A stretch of 63,180 bases of DNA, the filler included, from Dugesia japonica (taxonomy: Eukaryota): the NCBI GenBank assembly GCA_001938525.1. It is 7 parts of 7 records of this genome, joined end to end, with 100 filler letters (N's around TTAATTAATTAA, not from the genome) between each part and the next. Parts side by side here need not be neighbours in the genome. Positions count along the whole stretch, not along the records: positions 1 to 10,503 come from MQRL01630117.1; positions 10,604 to 18,934 come from MQRL01607712.1; 5 more parts are not named here. One strand, given 5' to 3'. The notes beneath the pieces are model-generated. The model did no database searches. It was given only the letters and a program-made list of their open reading frames with translations, and had not been told where the DNA came from. This document shows, in pieces, positions 1 to 12,500 of this stretch; positions within the stretch are counted from its first letter, which is position 1; each line of letters opens with the position of its first letter. The translations under genes were made by a program, and so were the position numbers.

Positions 1-162
1 ATTTGCCGCCTTTTGCTTACAATCGTGGTTGTAAAGCTACACAAATGCCTCCAATTAAGATAAATTATTTTCAGAAATTATTTTCTATTTGCTTTGTTTC
101 ATTAAATAAATTTAAAGTTTGAAATTTAAAAAACAAATATTTGTGAAATTAATTGTTGTGAT

Positions 163-720
163 TTGAAAAATCAATTATCTTTAGAAGATGTATCTATTAT
201 AGTGGTAGCGGTAAATATATATTCTGTTACAGATAGGTTATTACTAAATGTGTTCTACAGAGGAAATGATATTTCAAAATTTATAAAGTGTTGTAAATTA
301 TATTTTGATTCTAAAAACATGAAACAACAGGAGAGATTAATCTCTTGTCTGATAAATGATTTCCTGGAAGAACATGAAAAAACATTGAAAAAGATAAACT
401 GAATTTAGGCTCGTTTACGTTTGGCATTTAAGAAAGAGAAAGATGCTATCAAAGATTATTAAAATTTGATTAAATACAGGCATGAAAATTAAGAGATTCA
501 AGTTTATTTTAAGACTGTAAAATATTGACGGAAATAATAAAGACTTGTTTAAGAATTAATTCAGAAAATTGTTAGTTTCTTCAAAGAAAAATCAAATTTC
601 TTGGACACATAGTTAGCAGGGATGTTATAACTTATTCGTTTTAAATAGAGGCACAAATAACATTTGGCAAACCTAACTGTGTGAAAAAGTTACGAAGTTT
701 TTTAAGAATTTGTAATTGTT
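163..720 (+). mobile_element. Decayed, internally deleted Ty3/Gypsy fragment (PBS, gag piece, RT C-terminal piece)
   Basis: TGGTAGCGGT at 203-212 resembles a tRNA-Leu PBS. QQERLISCL matches the gag of the element near 50950 (KQERLVSCL). 594-720 encodes KFLGHIVSRD and PNCVKKLRSFL, seen again at 48658-48840. Confidence 0.75.
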
Positions 721-1537
721 GTTTTGATAACTAAACGGAACTAGATACAAAATATATTTTAAAAAACTGCCGATTACGTAATTAGTTCGACTAAACAACA
801 TATATTTCTACATCCCCCTCTCGTATTTATTTTTAGTATTTAGGGTTTACTTTTCGCTCTCGAATTGGATAGGGCTTGTCTTTATTTTCGGTTTTCTCCA
901 ACTCATATATATTAGGTCTCATTGTTCCACTGATGATAGATTCAGATTTGTAATTAGTTTGACGAATCTTTCCCTTGAACCGTTTCACTTGGTGAATATT
1001 CCTTGTTATTCTTTAATTGTTCAGTAAAAGCTCTAAATTATTATTAGGTAAAATATTATTAACTTCCCATGATCCTGAGAATCTCCTTAAAAGCATACCC
1101 CTCTCATTGGTTTTTACCATAGCCAAATCCCCTACTTTGGCTTTTTTTTGTTCTGTTTGTGGTTCTTCCAGTATTTTTAGCTGATTCCTTTCCTCCTTAA
1201 TTTTTGTTTCTGAAAACTCTTTCTTTTCTTGTTCATTTGTTTTCTGATTCTTTATTTCTTCTAAAGCCATCTTAGTACCTAATCTCATTTCAGTACCAAA
1301 TATTATTTCGAATGGCGATATATTGTGTTTCTTTGATTTAGCTGATTGCATGCTCATTTTTACAAATGGTAAAATTTCTACCCAATTTTGTTTATTCGAT
1401 TGGCTCATCGTAAATATTTTATCTTTTTCCGTCCTGAATGTTCCTTCTATTAATCCATTTCCCTCATGGTAATATGGAGACGAGTAGTAATACTACTATC
1501 AGCCAGAAAATTGGTATAATTAAAGGTAAAACAATTC
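720..1537 (-). mobile_element. Ty3/Gypsy 3' end: integrase C-terminus, PPT and start of 3' LTR
   Basis: ORF 1013-1408 has NWVEILPFV...SPFEIIFG (integrase core end) and a GPY/F-like region. The minus strand reads GAGAGGGGGA (822-813) directly followed by TGTAG. Confidence 0.75.
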
Positions 1538-1602
1538 NNNNNNNNNNNNNNNNNNNNNNNNNNNNNNNNNNNNNNNNNNNNNNNNNNNNNNNNNNNNNNN
1601 NN

Positions 1603-2378
1603 TTCTTAAATAACGGCCACAAAATTAAAATTATATCGACATATTTATCTTTGAATACCAAGCATAATAAAATCAAACCAAAAACAAACACAGTTATTAC
1701 ATTACCTCTTATTAATGAGAAATGTAGCCAAATCATGCAAAATATAATAAAAAATGCTAATTTCAAATACAATCCAAAAATTATTTTCAAAGCTCAAGCA
1801 CCTTTGGGCATCAATTACAAAAACCAAGACAAAACTTTTGTGGTCTCAAATGCATTTGTGATGGTAGAAATATACGCAATAAGAAAAATGTCACTTATAA
1901 AATAACATGCATCATTTTTCAAGAAACGTATATAGGTAAAACATGCAGAACCATCCCAACAAAAATTAAGGAACATTTGAAATAAAAAGAAAGTGAAGTC
2001 TTCAAACACTTTCAACACAAACATAAAATTTCACCAGAACAACATCACATTACATGGAAAAACTAGGAACAGGCTACATTTCTACACTTCATAGAAAACA
2101 AACATGAAGAATTACTAAGTAAAGAAGACAATCCTAAAATCAATGTAATTTATAATAATTAAATAATTAAATATAAATAAAAACTAAAATTAATTAATTA
2201 AAATTTAGTAAAAATAAATTAATTCAAAGAAAATTATTATTATAAGAAAAAATATTGAATAAATTAAAAAGTCAATTCCTGAAGAAGACAAAGCCGAAAT
2301 ATATAATTGTTATCAAAAACCAAAAAAAAACAAAATTTTAATCGAAACTTTTATTTTAAATGAATTCTGAAAAACGAT
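1603..2378 (+). mobile_element. Penelope-like element 3' fragment (GIY-YIG endonuclease remnant and pseudo-LTR)
   Basis: Linker ITLPLINEKCSQI, then frameshifted VTYKITC...ETYIGKTCRTIPTKIKEH (about 1890-1976), the Penelope GIY-YIG signature. Downstream AT-rich tail carries a hammerhead core at 2279-2299. Confidence 0.8.
2279..2312 (+). ncRNA. Degenerate minimal hammerhead ribozyme core
   Basis: CTGAAGA-AGACAAAGCC-GAAA-TATATAATT in the Penelope tail. Stem II has a mismatch and stem I is not evident. Confidence 0.45.
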
Positions 2379-2487
2379 NNNNNNNNNNNNNNNNNNNNNN
2401 NNNNNNNNNNNNNNNNNNNNNNNNNNNNNNNNNNNNNNNNNNNNNNNNNNNNNNNNNNNNNNNNNNNNNNNNNNNNNNNNNNNNNNN

Positions 2488-2549
<62 letters not shown>
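2488..2549. repeat. (TTA)n microsatellite
   Basis: Perfect TTA repeats adjoining an N gap. Confidence 0.95.
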
Positions 2550-3559
2550 GACAAAATATTTTTTCTTTTGATTTATTATTATGAGAATTATTAATTATAC
2601 CTCAATTTTTTAAATTAAATTAATTTTTTATAACCATTTTTAATTTCTTGAATATTCTTAAATAAACACACATTTTTATTTGATTTTCTTTATTTAAATA
2701 GTCAGACATTTTAAATTTCTAGAATTTCCTTATTTAAAATTTTAATATTATTATTATTCTTTTTTTTAATTATTATTGGTCATAAAATTTCTTTTGACGA
2801 TTTATTATTTTAAAAATTATTTGAATTATCATGAATATTATTATTATTATTTGAAGTATTAATATTTGAATTATTATTATTTGAATTATTATTATTTGAA
2901 TTATTATTGTTGGAGTGAAACACTGGATACCGAAAATAAAAAATGGCGACAAGTAGACTCGAAGTTAAAAAATTGTCGTCAGAAAAGAAAGCGAAGCATC
3001 CAGATCTAAGAAGAATATAGTCGGGGAAAGAAGGAAATAATTAAAAGGAAAACCGAGATTGGTAGTCTAAACCAACGAAATAATCAACAAAACTCAAAAT
3101 TTACAACAAGAAACCACTCAGAAAAGAACAGANNNNNNNNNNNNNNNNNNNNNNNNNNNNNNNNNNNNNNNNNNNNNNNNNNNNNNNNNNNNNNNNNNNN
3201 NNNNNNNNNNNNNNNNNNNNNNNNNNNNNNNNNNNNNNNNNNNNNNNNNNNNNNNNNNNNNNNNNNNNNNNNNNNNNNNNNNNNNNNNNNNNNNNNNNNN
3301 NNNNNNNNNNNNNNNNNNNNNNNNNNNNNNNNNNNNNNNNNNNNNNNNNNNNNNNNATTTAAATAAAATAATTCGAACAATTTAAAATAAATTATTTTTA
3401 AAAAGAAAAATAATTATTTCATGAAAAATGTCAAAAACAACGACTTTCCATCGTGAGTAAATTAGCAATTAAAAAGATTCTGGTCGGGAAAAACTCAGAG
3501 ATTTTGAAAATCTAAGTTAAAATATCGGTAGAAGTCTCAGAGAAAAGATACAGGGGTTT

Positions 3560-3735
3560 AAATGTTGACCAATAGATTCGGAGTCCAAAAATATCAACCA
3601 ATAAAAAGAGCTCACATGACGTTCAAGCCAATGGAAACGTCAAGAAAGTCGTACGATACCAAATAACCAATGAAAGGAATGGGGGTGTGAAGAGAAACCG
3701 GTATAAATACCGATGTAATTTCCATTCAATCAATC
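3560..3735 (+). promoter_or_regulatory. LTR-type Pol II promoter (CCAAT cluster plus TATA box), duplicated at ~3864-4013
   Basis: CCAAT at about 3569, 3598, 3629 and 3668; GGTATAAATACC near 3700; TCAATC ~25 nt downstream. Confidence 0.45.
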
Positions 3736-4092
3736 TATGTTTTCCAGTCAAATACGGTAATTGAACGGAGATTATTTGAAGTAACTATTTTGTTATTCAA
3801 TCATGGATGCAACNNNNNNNNNNNNNNNNNNNNNNNNNNNNNNNNNNNNNNNNNNNNNNNNNNCAAAAATATCAACCAATAAAAAGAGCTCACATGACGT
3901 TCAAGCCAATGGAAACGTCAAGAAAGTCGTACGATACCAAATAACCAATGAAAGGAATGGGGGTGTGAAGAGAAACCGGTATAAATACCGATGTAATTTC
4001 CATTCAATCAATCNNNNNNNNNNNNNNAAATACGGTAATTGAACGGAGATTATTTGAAGTAACTATTTTGTTATTCAATCATGGATGCAACG
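3586..4092. repeat. ~228-bp near-identical direct duplication across an N gap
   Basis: 3586-3813 is repeated at 3864-4091. May be a contig-overlap artefact. Confidence 0.85.
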
Positions 4093-4924
4093 ATTTCTGA
4101 CTTCAACCGAAAATGGAACATTATGGTGGATCCAGGTAATCAGTAATATTTATCAAGGAAATGATTACTTCAAACCTCGTGCTTACTCCGGATCGGGATC
4201 CAGACCACGTTAGTTCTATTGATTGTCTTATTTGTTAAATTAATGTATAGCAAGTGAAGATTTGAAAATTGAATATATTTTTCCACTTGTTACAAACTTG
4301 CGTTCTTGATAATTTTAAATCTTAGAGTATGGAGTGTTAAAATTAACGTGATAATTGACTGAACCCAGTTAAATATGTTTAATTCTAAAACGAAAATTTA
4401 TAACTAATTAAGACTCAACGGACTGATAAAATCAAAATCCATTGAAACAGGTGTTAAACGGAAATCTAATAAATTAATGATGGATAAGTAGGATTTAAAT
4501 CTGGCGAGTATCATGGGAAATGAACCCGAACCAAAGGGGTGCGAGTCTGTACTCGAGCTACGAGTCAACGGCTTCATTTCGAAGATCTGGATTTTTTTGG
4601 GGACACCAGATTCAAATTGATCGCTGGGTTTTACCGGGTCAATTACCCTAGACTAAATTTCATATAAAGTTCCACCACCTTAGATGTAATCATATAAAAA
4701 ATCAACCCACCTAGGGTAAAACCCCAACATTATTATTTTATTACTATTGTCTTTATTAGTTATTTTAATTAAATTTTATACATTCATTGGATTTGATAAT
4801 AGTGAGTTGAAATTTTATATCATTTTGCGGATCCGAGTCTAGTCAATTATTGAAGATGATGATTGATTGTTTTTAAACAATTATTGTTTTTAAACATCAT
4901 GTTTTCTCTAATGATATCATCAAT

Positions 4925-5570
4925 TTAATGTACATAGATATTAACAATCTATATGGCTGGCCATTAAGTCAAAAATTGCACTTTGCTGATTTTTAATGAG
5001 TTCATTGAGTTTAGAATCAGTTTTTATTAGAATTTATGACAACAGAACTTAACTCACTACCATATGTAAACACATTAAAGATGGACATTACCATACCAGC
5101 AGAAATTTAAGATGAGCTGAACAATTTACCAGTTGGAGGGGAATATCAAAGTGCTCTAGAGTCAAAGGTGAAAGAACTAACTAACGTTAAAAACAATTAT
5201 TTAATTTACTGGACGTTGCCTCAAATATAATTACAGTTAAGGGTACAGATAATAAAGGTAATAACAGATTATCTTAAGTACAGATAATAACACCTCTACA
5301 GAGGTGTTAAATTTAAATAAGCATCAATGTTTGATAATGTAAATAGTAATACTATATTGAAATCACAATGCAAATCAAAGAAGAAAAGTTATTACAAGTT
5401 ATTAAACAATAGCCTAAATGGTAAAACAGTTATGAATTTAATAAAGATAATAAATCCGAACTTGTGTAAATCAGCTCAAGAATTAATGACATGTGAAAAG
5501 ATAGATTCAGAAAAACAACTAAAATTGATGATGATTGTATACATGTTTTAATGAGTAAAGTCATTGTTTG
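4925..5570 (+). pseudogene. Polinton/adintovirus protein-primed DNA polymerase B fragment
   Basis: MYIDINNLYGWPLSQKL at 4928 (motif A, cf. YxDxNNLYGWAMSQxLP), KMDITIP..DELNNLPV, KNNYLIYW, and YKLLNNSLNGKTVMN (motif B). Multiple stops and frameshifts. Confidence 0.85.
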
Positions 5571-8500
5571 CTTAGATCAATCAAGCTACATATGACAGAC
5601 CTTGCTGGACTGGAGTAAATTGAGAATGTGTAAACTACAATATATTGAGCTGGGAAAGTATTGAAAGTTGAAAATTTTAAAGTAAATAATGAGAAGGAAT
5701 TAATGAAGCCTAAGAGCATAACATTGAAAACAAAGAAATTAACAATCGACCATGCCTTCATTTTTAGAATCAGAATGACATGGTCTCAGCTGTGCAATCT
5801 AGAATAATCATCAACGTTGGAGTATCAAAGGGTCACAAAGTCGTTCTATCAAATAGCGACTCTAAGAAAGTGTGAAAACAAGAATATAAGTTTTCCATAC
5901 GGATATTATACATCAAATAACATGTAATAAATACTTTATTTTCGTAATAATCCTTTTCAATTCCACTCCATTAAATTCAATGTACCTAAATGTATGATAT
6001 TATTTTATTTTAGATAATATTTAAAATTTTTCTTTTTAGGAAAATGGTGTCAAAAAGAGAAACGATATATGTGAAAGTGTACCAGTNATGTTAAGGGACA
6101 CAAATAATGATTAATTAAACAAAAACTAATTCTTTTATGGCTATAATATTGATTGAAAGGATTTTGAGCTCTTTATACGGCTAAAAATTTCAAGTTCAAC
6201 AAAGAAAACGCATTACAGTTGCGAGTTCAGCAAAGACTAATATAAAAAAATTCAGTTTTTAGCTTTATCAATAATGAATTTAGATTACATTAAAGAAACT
6301 ATTTTTGAACAAATTGATTCAAATTATTTTGATGAGACTTTAAGGATATTTTAAATATGCTTTGTGTAATTATTATATTGTAATGATTGTAAAAATATGA
6401 TTTCTTTTTCAAATAAAGTTATTATTCTAAAATGAATGATTTAGAAAAATTAGCGGAGAAATTATTTAAGTTAAACATAAATGATGATAAAGTAGCAATT
6501 GCATAATTATTTGATGAAACAATTGATGAAAATGCTGATGAAGAATTTATTGATATTCAATGAAACGAGCAACTTGTAAATGAAAAACCGGATGATACTC
6601 AACAAACAAGGGCAAATGATTATTTAAAAAATACCTGATTCTTATCAAGAAAATGTTGATAAAAAAATGATTTATTCTCAAAACGAAGGGGAAATTACAA
6701 ATAACATAGAACTTAACTTTTTAATGGAATGAGATTCGATAAATTGGAATTAAATTATATTACATTTTATTTAGAACACTTAATTCAAATACTAGATGTT
6801 CTAAATCCTAAATTGCTTGAGGAAGAATCATACTGAGTACATTAAAGGCATATAAATTATTTATTTATTGGGGACAATTACGTAGAGCCCGTTAAAGTCT
6901 CCTGTCTCAGTGTTGGGATAACCGTGATGTATGCTGTGTTAGTGTATGATACACAGAACTATTTAATAGTTTAGCTAATATCGTAAAAGATAATAAAAAA
7001 ATTTTTATAAATTAACCAACAAGTAATCAAATATTTTACAAATTTTATTAACATCAAAACAATAAGAAAATTTACTGTTTCTTTACGCAAGAGGATTACC
7101 AATCAANNNNNNNNNNNNNNNNNNNNNNNNNNNNNNNNNNNNNNNNNNNNNNNNNNNNNNNNNNNNNNNNNNNNNNNNNNNNNNNNNNNNNNNNNNNNNN
7201 NNNTCTTTCTTTAAATCTTTCTGGCAGTAGTCAAAAATTTTAATTGATAGTTTGATCTGTTTTTATCTGTTTTCAGATCTGAAATCTTTTGATATAAAAT
7301 ATTCCTGTCTTTATTACGTTTGGCGGTTGCCGAGTTTATGTCTTTTCAAATATATTTGAAATTATTTTACTTCTGCATTTCATTCCATTTTCGGCTGTTG
7401 CCAAGTTTTATTTTTAATTTTAATTTGAATTTGTGTGATCAATACAAATTGAATTGATCCACAATTTGCTATAATAATAATAATTTTCATAATAATAATT
7501 TTTTTATTATAAGATAAACATATATACTTGTATGTATGTATGAATATACACGCATTTTGTAAAAAAGCATTTATGTAAAAAACAACAACTTTACAATTGT
7601 ATTATTAACATAGTTACCATATATTTTTTATTATTTACGTAGTTATCTAATGTGGGAGGAATTTGTTTTTAGATTATTGTTATATTTTGGAGATTTTAGT
7701 TTGGCAGTCTTGATATTATTGCAAGGTATTTGGCAGTCTCTATATGTTCCTAGCAGTCTAAAATTTAAATAAAGTTAAATAACATAAATTAAATTTAATT
7801 GACATTAAAAAATATTCACAGAGATATTTAAGATATTTAAGATCTTTAAGATATTTACATAATAAAATATTCAAATTGAAACATTTCTTTACAAAATGAT
7901 AAAAACATAGTATTTTTGTTTTCTTATAAAAACATATTAGCTTGGATCTTTTACCAGCAAAATGATTAAAGCATAGAACATTTTCAAAAAAAAATTAGGT
8001 AGGAATTTAACTTAGCAAAATGATAAAAGCATAGAACTTTTTCTATAAAAAACATATTAGCTAGGAACTTTTCCATAAAAAAATAGCTAGAAACTGTTTC
8101 CATTAAAAACATTAACTAGAAACTATCCATCTACTGCAATCGAAAAAAATAATTATCTATTGTTTTTATATGAAAAAGTAGAGCTAAAAAAATTTTAAAA
8201 AACTAAAAAATTATAAATTTAAACAAGAACTTTTCTACTGTAGTGTGACAAGCAATGAAATTACAGAATAGTATATCACTTAGTTTTCTAATGAAATATC
8301 TCAATCAATCAAATTACAAATTAATAAATTACTTATTCTTAGAAACACATTTTCTACCAATCAGATTGCAGGATACAATATCACCGAAGTTCTATATCAC
8401 TTTGCCACAAGGGTTTAAGGATGATACAGTGCGCCCGGACCAACCTACTAACAATAATATAATTAAAGCAGTTTTTATTAGAATAATGAATGATATTCAA

Positions 8501-9236
8501 GAGAAAGGTCATGTTAAAAAATTTTATTGGCACAATAAAGCCACAAAAAAAATAAAGCAAAATAAAATATACATTAACTAGTGAGCTCCATTGTGCAACA
8601 AAAAAATTTTCAGAACTGCAAGAAAAATTAATATTAAAAACAAAATAGTTGAATCAAAAGAATTGGATAATTATCTTAATGAAAATTTTAATTTATGATA
8701 TTAATATATGATTTTATACTTCACCCAAATATTATATTTATATAATTATTATACTTTTATTATCAATCTATCTTGGTTCACCTCTCAATATTGTCTCTTT
8801 TAATTCTGGCTCTACATTTGTTTTTACACTGGTATTCTAGATGGACACTTTAATTTAAATCTATAGCTCGTAAAAATTTCATTTTTAATTATAAATATAA
8901 AAAAGAAAAATATTCCTATTCTAATTAAATATGATAAATAAAAAGTTCAACGTTTTTTAATTAAATTCAAAGCTTATATAAAAATAAATTTTTGAATTAT
9001 TTTCTCGAAATTGGAATATGTGAAAAATTTAAGCTGTATTTTGTAAATCTAAAAATTGAGTTAGTTATTTGATAAAAACATAAATTCATAAATTACTTAA
9101 TAAATAAAGTTTGTTTAAAATTATCGCGTAAATTAACATTTATTAAAATTTTTAAACAAAAATAATATATATTTACTAATTAATGTGGTACTTTTTGAAT
9201 TCTTATATGATTTTATGATTGTAGTTAAATTTTAGA

Positions 9237-9263
9237 ATGAATAAAGGCGTAGAAACAACAAAC
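9237..9263 (+). CDS. MARK/Par-1 kinase, putative first coding exon (MNKGVETTN)
   Basis: ATG at 9237 and GTATGT donor at 9264. Splices in phase 0 to the exon at 9382, giving an N|H junction like vertebrate MARK3 (DTEN|HTS). Confidence 0.6.
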
Positions 9264-9381
9264 GTATGTAATTTCATTTTTTTGTAATAATTAAAATAAA
9301 TGATTTCAATTTTATTTAATTAATATAGATTTTATTCCTTAAAATAAAATATAAATTATGTAATCTCTAAAAAATATTTAG

Positions 9382-9591
9382 CATAGTAACAAAGGGGCAA
9401 CATCTGGGAAACATGGATCCAGTCATGCCTCTGAAATTTCTCGCAGTACTAGTGCAAATCAAATCAAATTTCGACACCTTCCACTCCCACCGGAAGATAC
9501 ACACGTAGGGAAATACAGATTTATTAGAACTATTGGGAAAGGAAATTTTGCGAAAGTTAAACTTGGAGTTCATGTTACTACACAAAAAGAA
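9382..9591 (+). CDS. MARK: MARK/Par-1 family Ser/Thr kinase exon (start of kinase domain)
   Basis: TTTAG acceptor and GTAATA donor bound 70 open codons ending [33 protein letters not shown] (cf. [33 protein letters not shown]). The exon stops just before the VAIK motif, as in MARK genes. Not in the ORF track. Confidence 0.93.
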
Positions 9592-10173
9592 GTAATAAAT
9601 TTAATTCTCGTATAATATTTATATTTATTACAGTTTCTATTTTATTTTATTCAATCATTTAATTTGATAAATCTATTAATTATATTTTACAAATATTTTT
9701 CAAATAAGTTTCGATAAATTTGCTTTACATTCGACCACTATTTTCCCTGAAGTTGATTAGTTAATCAATTTGATTTAAATATCACGAATTTTAATCTGGG
9801 AATATTTAAATGTGTGCAATTGCATGTTAAACTAAAAAAACTAGCATTTTAATAACATGTGTTAGTTGAGATTTGATGCATTTTATTTCAAATGTAAATC
9901 TTGGGAATAAACTATATAGTACTTTTTTGAATAAATTCTCTAGATATACTTGATAAAATAATTTAATTTAGCTTCTAATTTAAAAAATGTTCTATTTTTT
10001 ATATTCTAAATGATTGATAAACCACAGCGGAAAAGAAAACCAAGTAAGACGATCGCTAAGGAAACAGTACATATATTTATGGAGATGGTGATATGGAAAA
10101 CGCTATGATGAAATAAGCCTAGCATTGAATCTCTCTTCGCAAAAGAAAAACTATTAAAGTATGAAAAATTTCA

Positions 10174-10380
10174 TTTAAAACCACCAACTACATCGTCACC
10201 GTCATTAACGTTCCAAGCCATCGTGATTTAATTAAAAACCGGATTATTAAACTTCACAAGCAAGCTGATTGTAACGTTTTGATTGTGGTTCCTGGCGTTA
10301 ATGGATTAGAAGTTGGTATTAGCAAGAATGGTGAAACCAGGGAACACGCTTTTTACGCTCATACTATGGTTGTCAAATAA
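10174..10380 (+). pseudogene. EEF1A: Elongation factor 1-alpha pseudogene fragment
   Basis: Translates FKTTNYIVTVINVPSHRDLIKNRIIKLHKQADCNVLIVVPGVNGLEVGISKNGETREHAFYAHTMVVK*, colinear with eEF1A [68 protein letters not shown]. The G3 motif DAPG is mutated to NVPS. Confidence 0.9.
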
Positions 10381-10402
10381 TAAAACATATATTATCAAAA
10401 TG

Positions 10403-10503
10403 GAATTATATGGACTATTAAAATGAAAGAATATGGACTATTATAATGAAATAATATGGACTATTGTAATGAAATAATATGAACTATTGTAATGAAATAA
10501 TAT
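10403..10503. repeat. ~23-bp tandem minisatellite (GAAATAATATGGACTATTGTAAT-like)
   Basis: At least four imperfect units running into the spacer. Confidence 0.85.
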
Positions 10504-10603
10504 NNNNNNNNNNNNNNNNNNNNNNNNNNNNNNNNNNNNNNNNNNNNTTAATTAATTAANNNNNNNNNNNNNNNNNNNNNNNNNNNNNNNNNNNNNNNNN
10601 NNN
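10504..10603. other. Artificial contig-joining spacer (also 18935-19034, 28017-28116, 36732-36831, 45352-45451, 54105-54204)
   Basis: Identical 44N-TTAATTAATTAA-44N blocks with stops in all six frames. Confidence 0.97.
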
Positions 10604-11399
10604 CATTAAAATAATCTAATTGAATTTCAAAATTACAAGTAAAAATATAGAACAGGTTAAATAATTAAATACTAATTTAACAGTTTATTTACCACTAGTG
10701 ATGAGTAAAGATCTGCACATAGTGAGAAATCCAGTGCACTGTGATTAGAAAATTGAATTCCAGTGTACAAAGCACTGATCACTGTTCACTAAAGACCAAC
10801 GAACAGTGAGAAAATCAATAAGTGAGAGAAAAGTTTAATGTAGAGTAAATTATCATCGAAATCGACCAATAGAAAAAGTAGGCTGAATTGAGTAAATTAT
10901 TAAATTATTTTCTGTTACTCAAGGACTCCTAAATTAAATAGATGTTTTTTTCAATATAACCTTTTATCTATACAGTTTGGTGATTTTTAACCGCGTTATT
11001 CGTACTTACCGTAACATTTTTCATCGATTAGTATTAATTTCGATAGATCTTGAGTTACCTTTGATATTTTCAAAAAATGTTATCAAATCCGAGAGGACGG
11101 CTGTACATATTCGTTAGGAAACATTTTTCCCTAGACAATATTTTAACCTGGTACAGTCACTTTTTTCTCCTGAGTAAAATAATACCAAATTTAAACCATA
11201 CGAGTTATGTACTCCGAGAAAATTGAGTATAAAAATTAAAAATTTGAGATTTTTTCACCATAAAACCTTATTTATTTAATCGAGTATTGACTTTGGCGAT
11301 TTAAGTTAACAGATTTAGAATCAGCGAAAGATTCTCTATCTAATATATACTTTTTAAACTTATTTGAGAAATCAAAAATCCACTTTATTTGACCTCATC

Positions 11400-11924
11400 G
11401 AGTAAATTCCTAACCAAATCATTCAAAAATTACCCAAACTGTCCATTCCCGAGAAAAACATTGACCAAATTCACCTGAACTAGTCAAAAATTGACATTAT
11501 TCGACCACACCGAATAAACTCCCAACTAAATACACAAGAAAAATTAAACACCACATTACCGCTTAAAAAGCCTGAAAAAATATTGCCACCTAATAAGCTT
11601 AAAAAAATTTTCCCAACTAAAACCACTGGAAAATTCTACACCAATTAATCTTATTAAGTAAAATTTCACCAATAAAACTAATCTGATGACATAATTTGTG
11701 TGCAAAAAAATTTCCCAACTAAATACACAGGGAAATTTAAAAAACAGTAACGTAATAATGTCGCGACGAAATTAATTACATTATGTAATGCACACAAATG
11801 TGTGCCGCCGCCTATTTATATTAGAAAAATACAAAAACACTTATGTAATAATCCGATTACAGCACTAATCCGGGGATGACGTAATCGAATGTGTGTTGGT
11901 ACAGTGCGCCACTATCTATCTACT
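11400..11924. mobile_element. Possible Polinton terminal inverted repeat region
   Basis: Ends in ACTATCTATCTACT (reverse complement AGTAGATAGATAGT), like the AG/AGT-repeat termini of Polintons. Internal TCCCAACTAAA repeats at about 11520, 11611 and 11713. Polinton genes lie nearby. Confidence 0.4.
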
Positions 11925-12169
11925 AAAATTATTACTATATTGATGTTATGAATTTAAATCTGCTTATAAAAATTAATTAATAATTATGCTTAATAGCATA
12001 ATTAAGGAAAGTAATTATAAAGTTCATTGATAGTTATCAATTTATTAACTCATCATTAAACGCTGCGATTTAAATAATAAAGATAACGCTGTTAACATCA
12101 AAATAGTTTAATGATAATCAAATTATTAAGTCAAAAGAGATTTTTTCATATGACATTGCAACAATTTCA

Positions 12170-12431
12170 TATTTTATATTTTTGGTAACAATCTCTCTGT
12201 GATTTGATCGGTTTTTACCGCTGCCACCATGTTAGATGAGTTTGAAGTACTTTACAAATTATTTTAATTATTGAATTTAGATATTTAACAAAATCCGATC
12301 TTACTAAATTCCCCTTTAAAATAAAAAACATTAAAATCTGCTTTAAAATCTATTACAATAATCATTATAGACTGAACAGAAAGTCTAACTAACACTCTGA
12401 TCCGCTGGACTCAAATCAAATAGTTTGTTAC
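12170..12431 (-). mobile_element. LTR plus PBS remnant
   Basis: The minus strand reads TGGCAGCGGT at about 12225-12216 (tRNA-Leu-type PBS, same type as at 203). Confidence 0.4.
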
Positions 12432-12500
12432 TGCACTCTCACAGAAGAGAGTCACACGAACCAAACCGAGCGCTGATAAGGAACGTACGGCGTAAGATAT

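Larger units (their letters stand above)
2908..4729 (+). mobile_element. Putative long solo LTR (~1.8 kb including gaps and an internal duplication)
   Basis: Termini TGTTGGAGT...ACCCCAACA (8/9 inverted match), flanked by TTAT on both sides within TAT repeats. Internal CCAAT boxes and a TATAAATA box. Confidence 0.55.

Noticed and set aside
2351-2554. Poly-Ile/poly-Tyr ORFs (also 23280-23645) and ORFs composed mostly of X (3084-3380, 28270-28545, 30528-30782, 33525-33737)
   Set aside because: Translations of (TTA)n microsatellites or N gaps.
6040-6800. Acidic, coding-like AT-rich stretch downstream of pPolB, possibly Polinton accessory genes
   Set aside because: No recognisable motif and heavily interrupted.
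9367-9585. 72-aa minus-strand ORF
   Set aside because: Antisense shadow of the MARK kinase exon.
10548-10559. Regularly recurring TTAATTAATTAA as a biological repeat or CRISPR-like array
   Set aside because: Always centred in exactly 44+44 Ns; it is an assembly linker.
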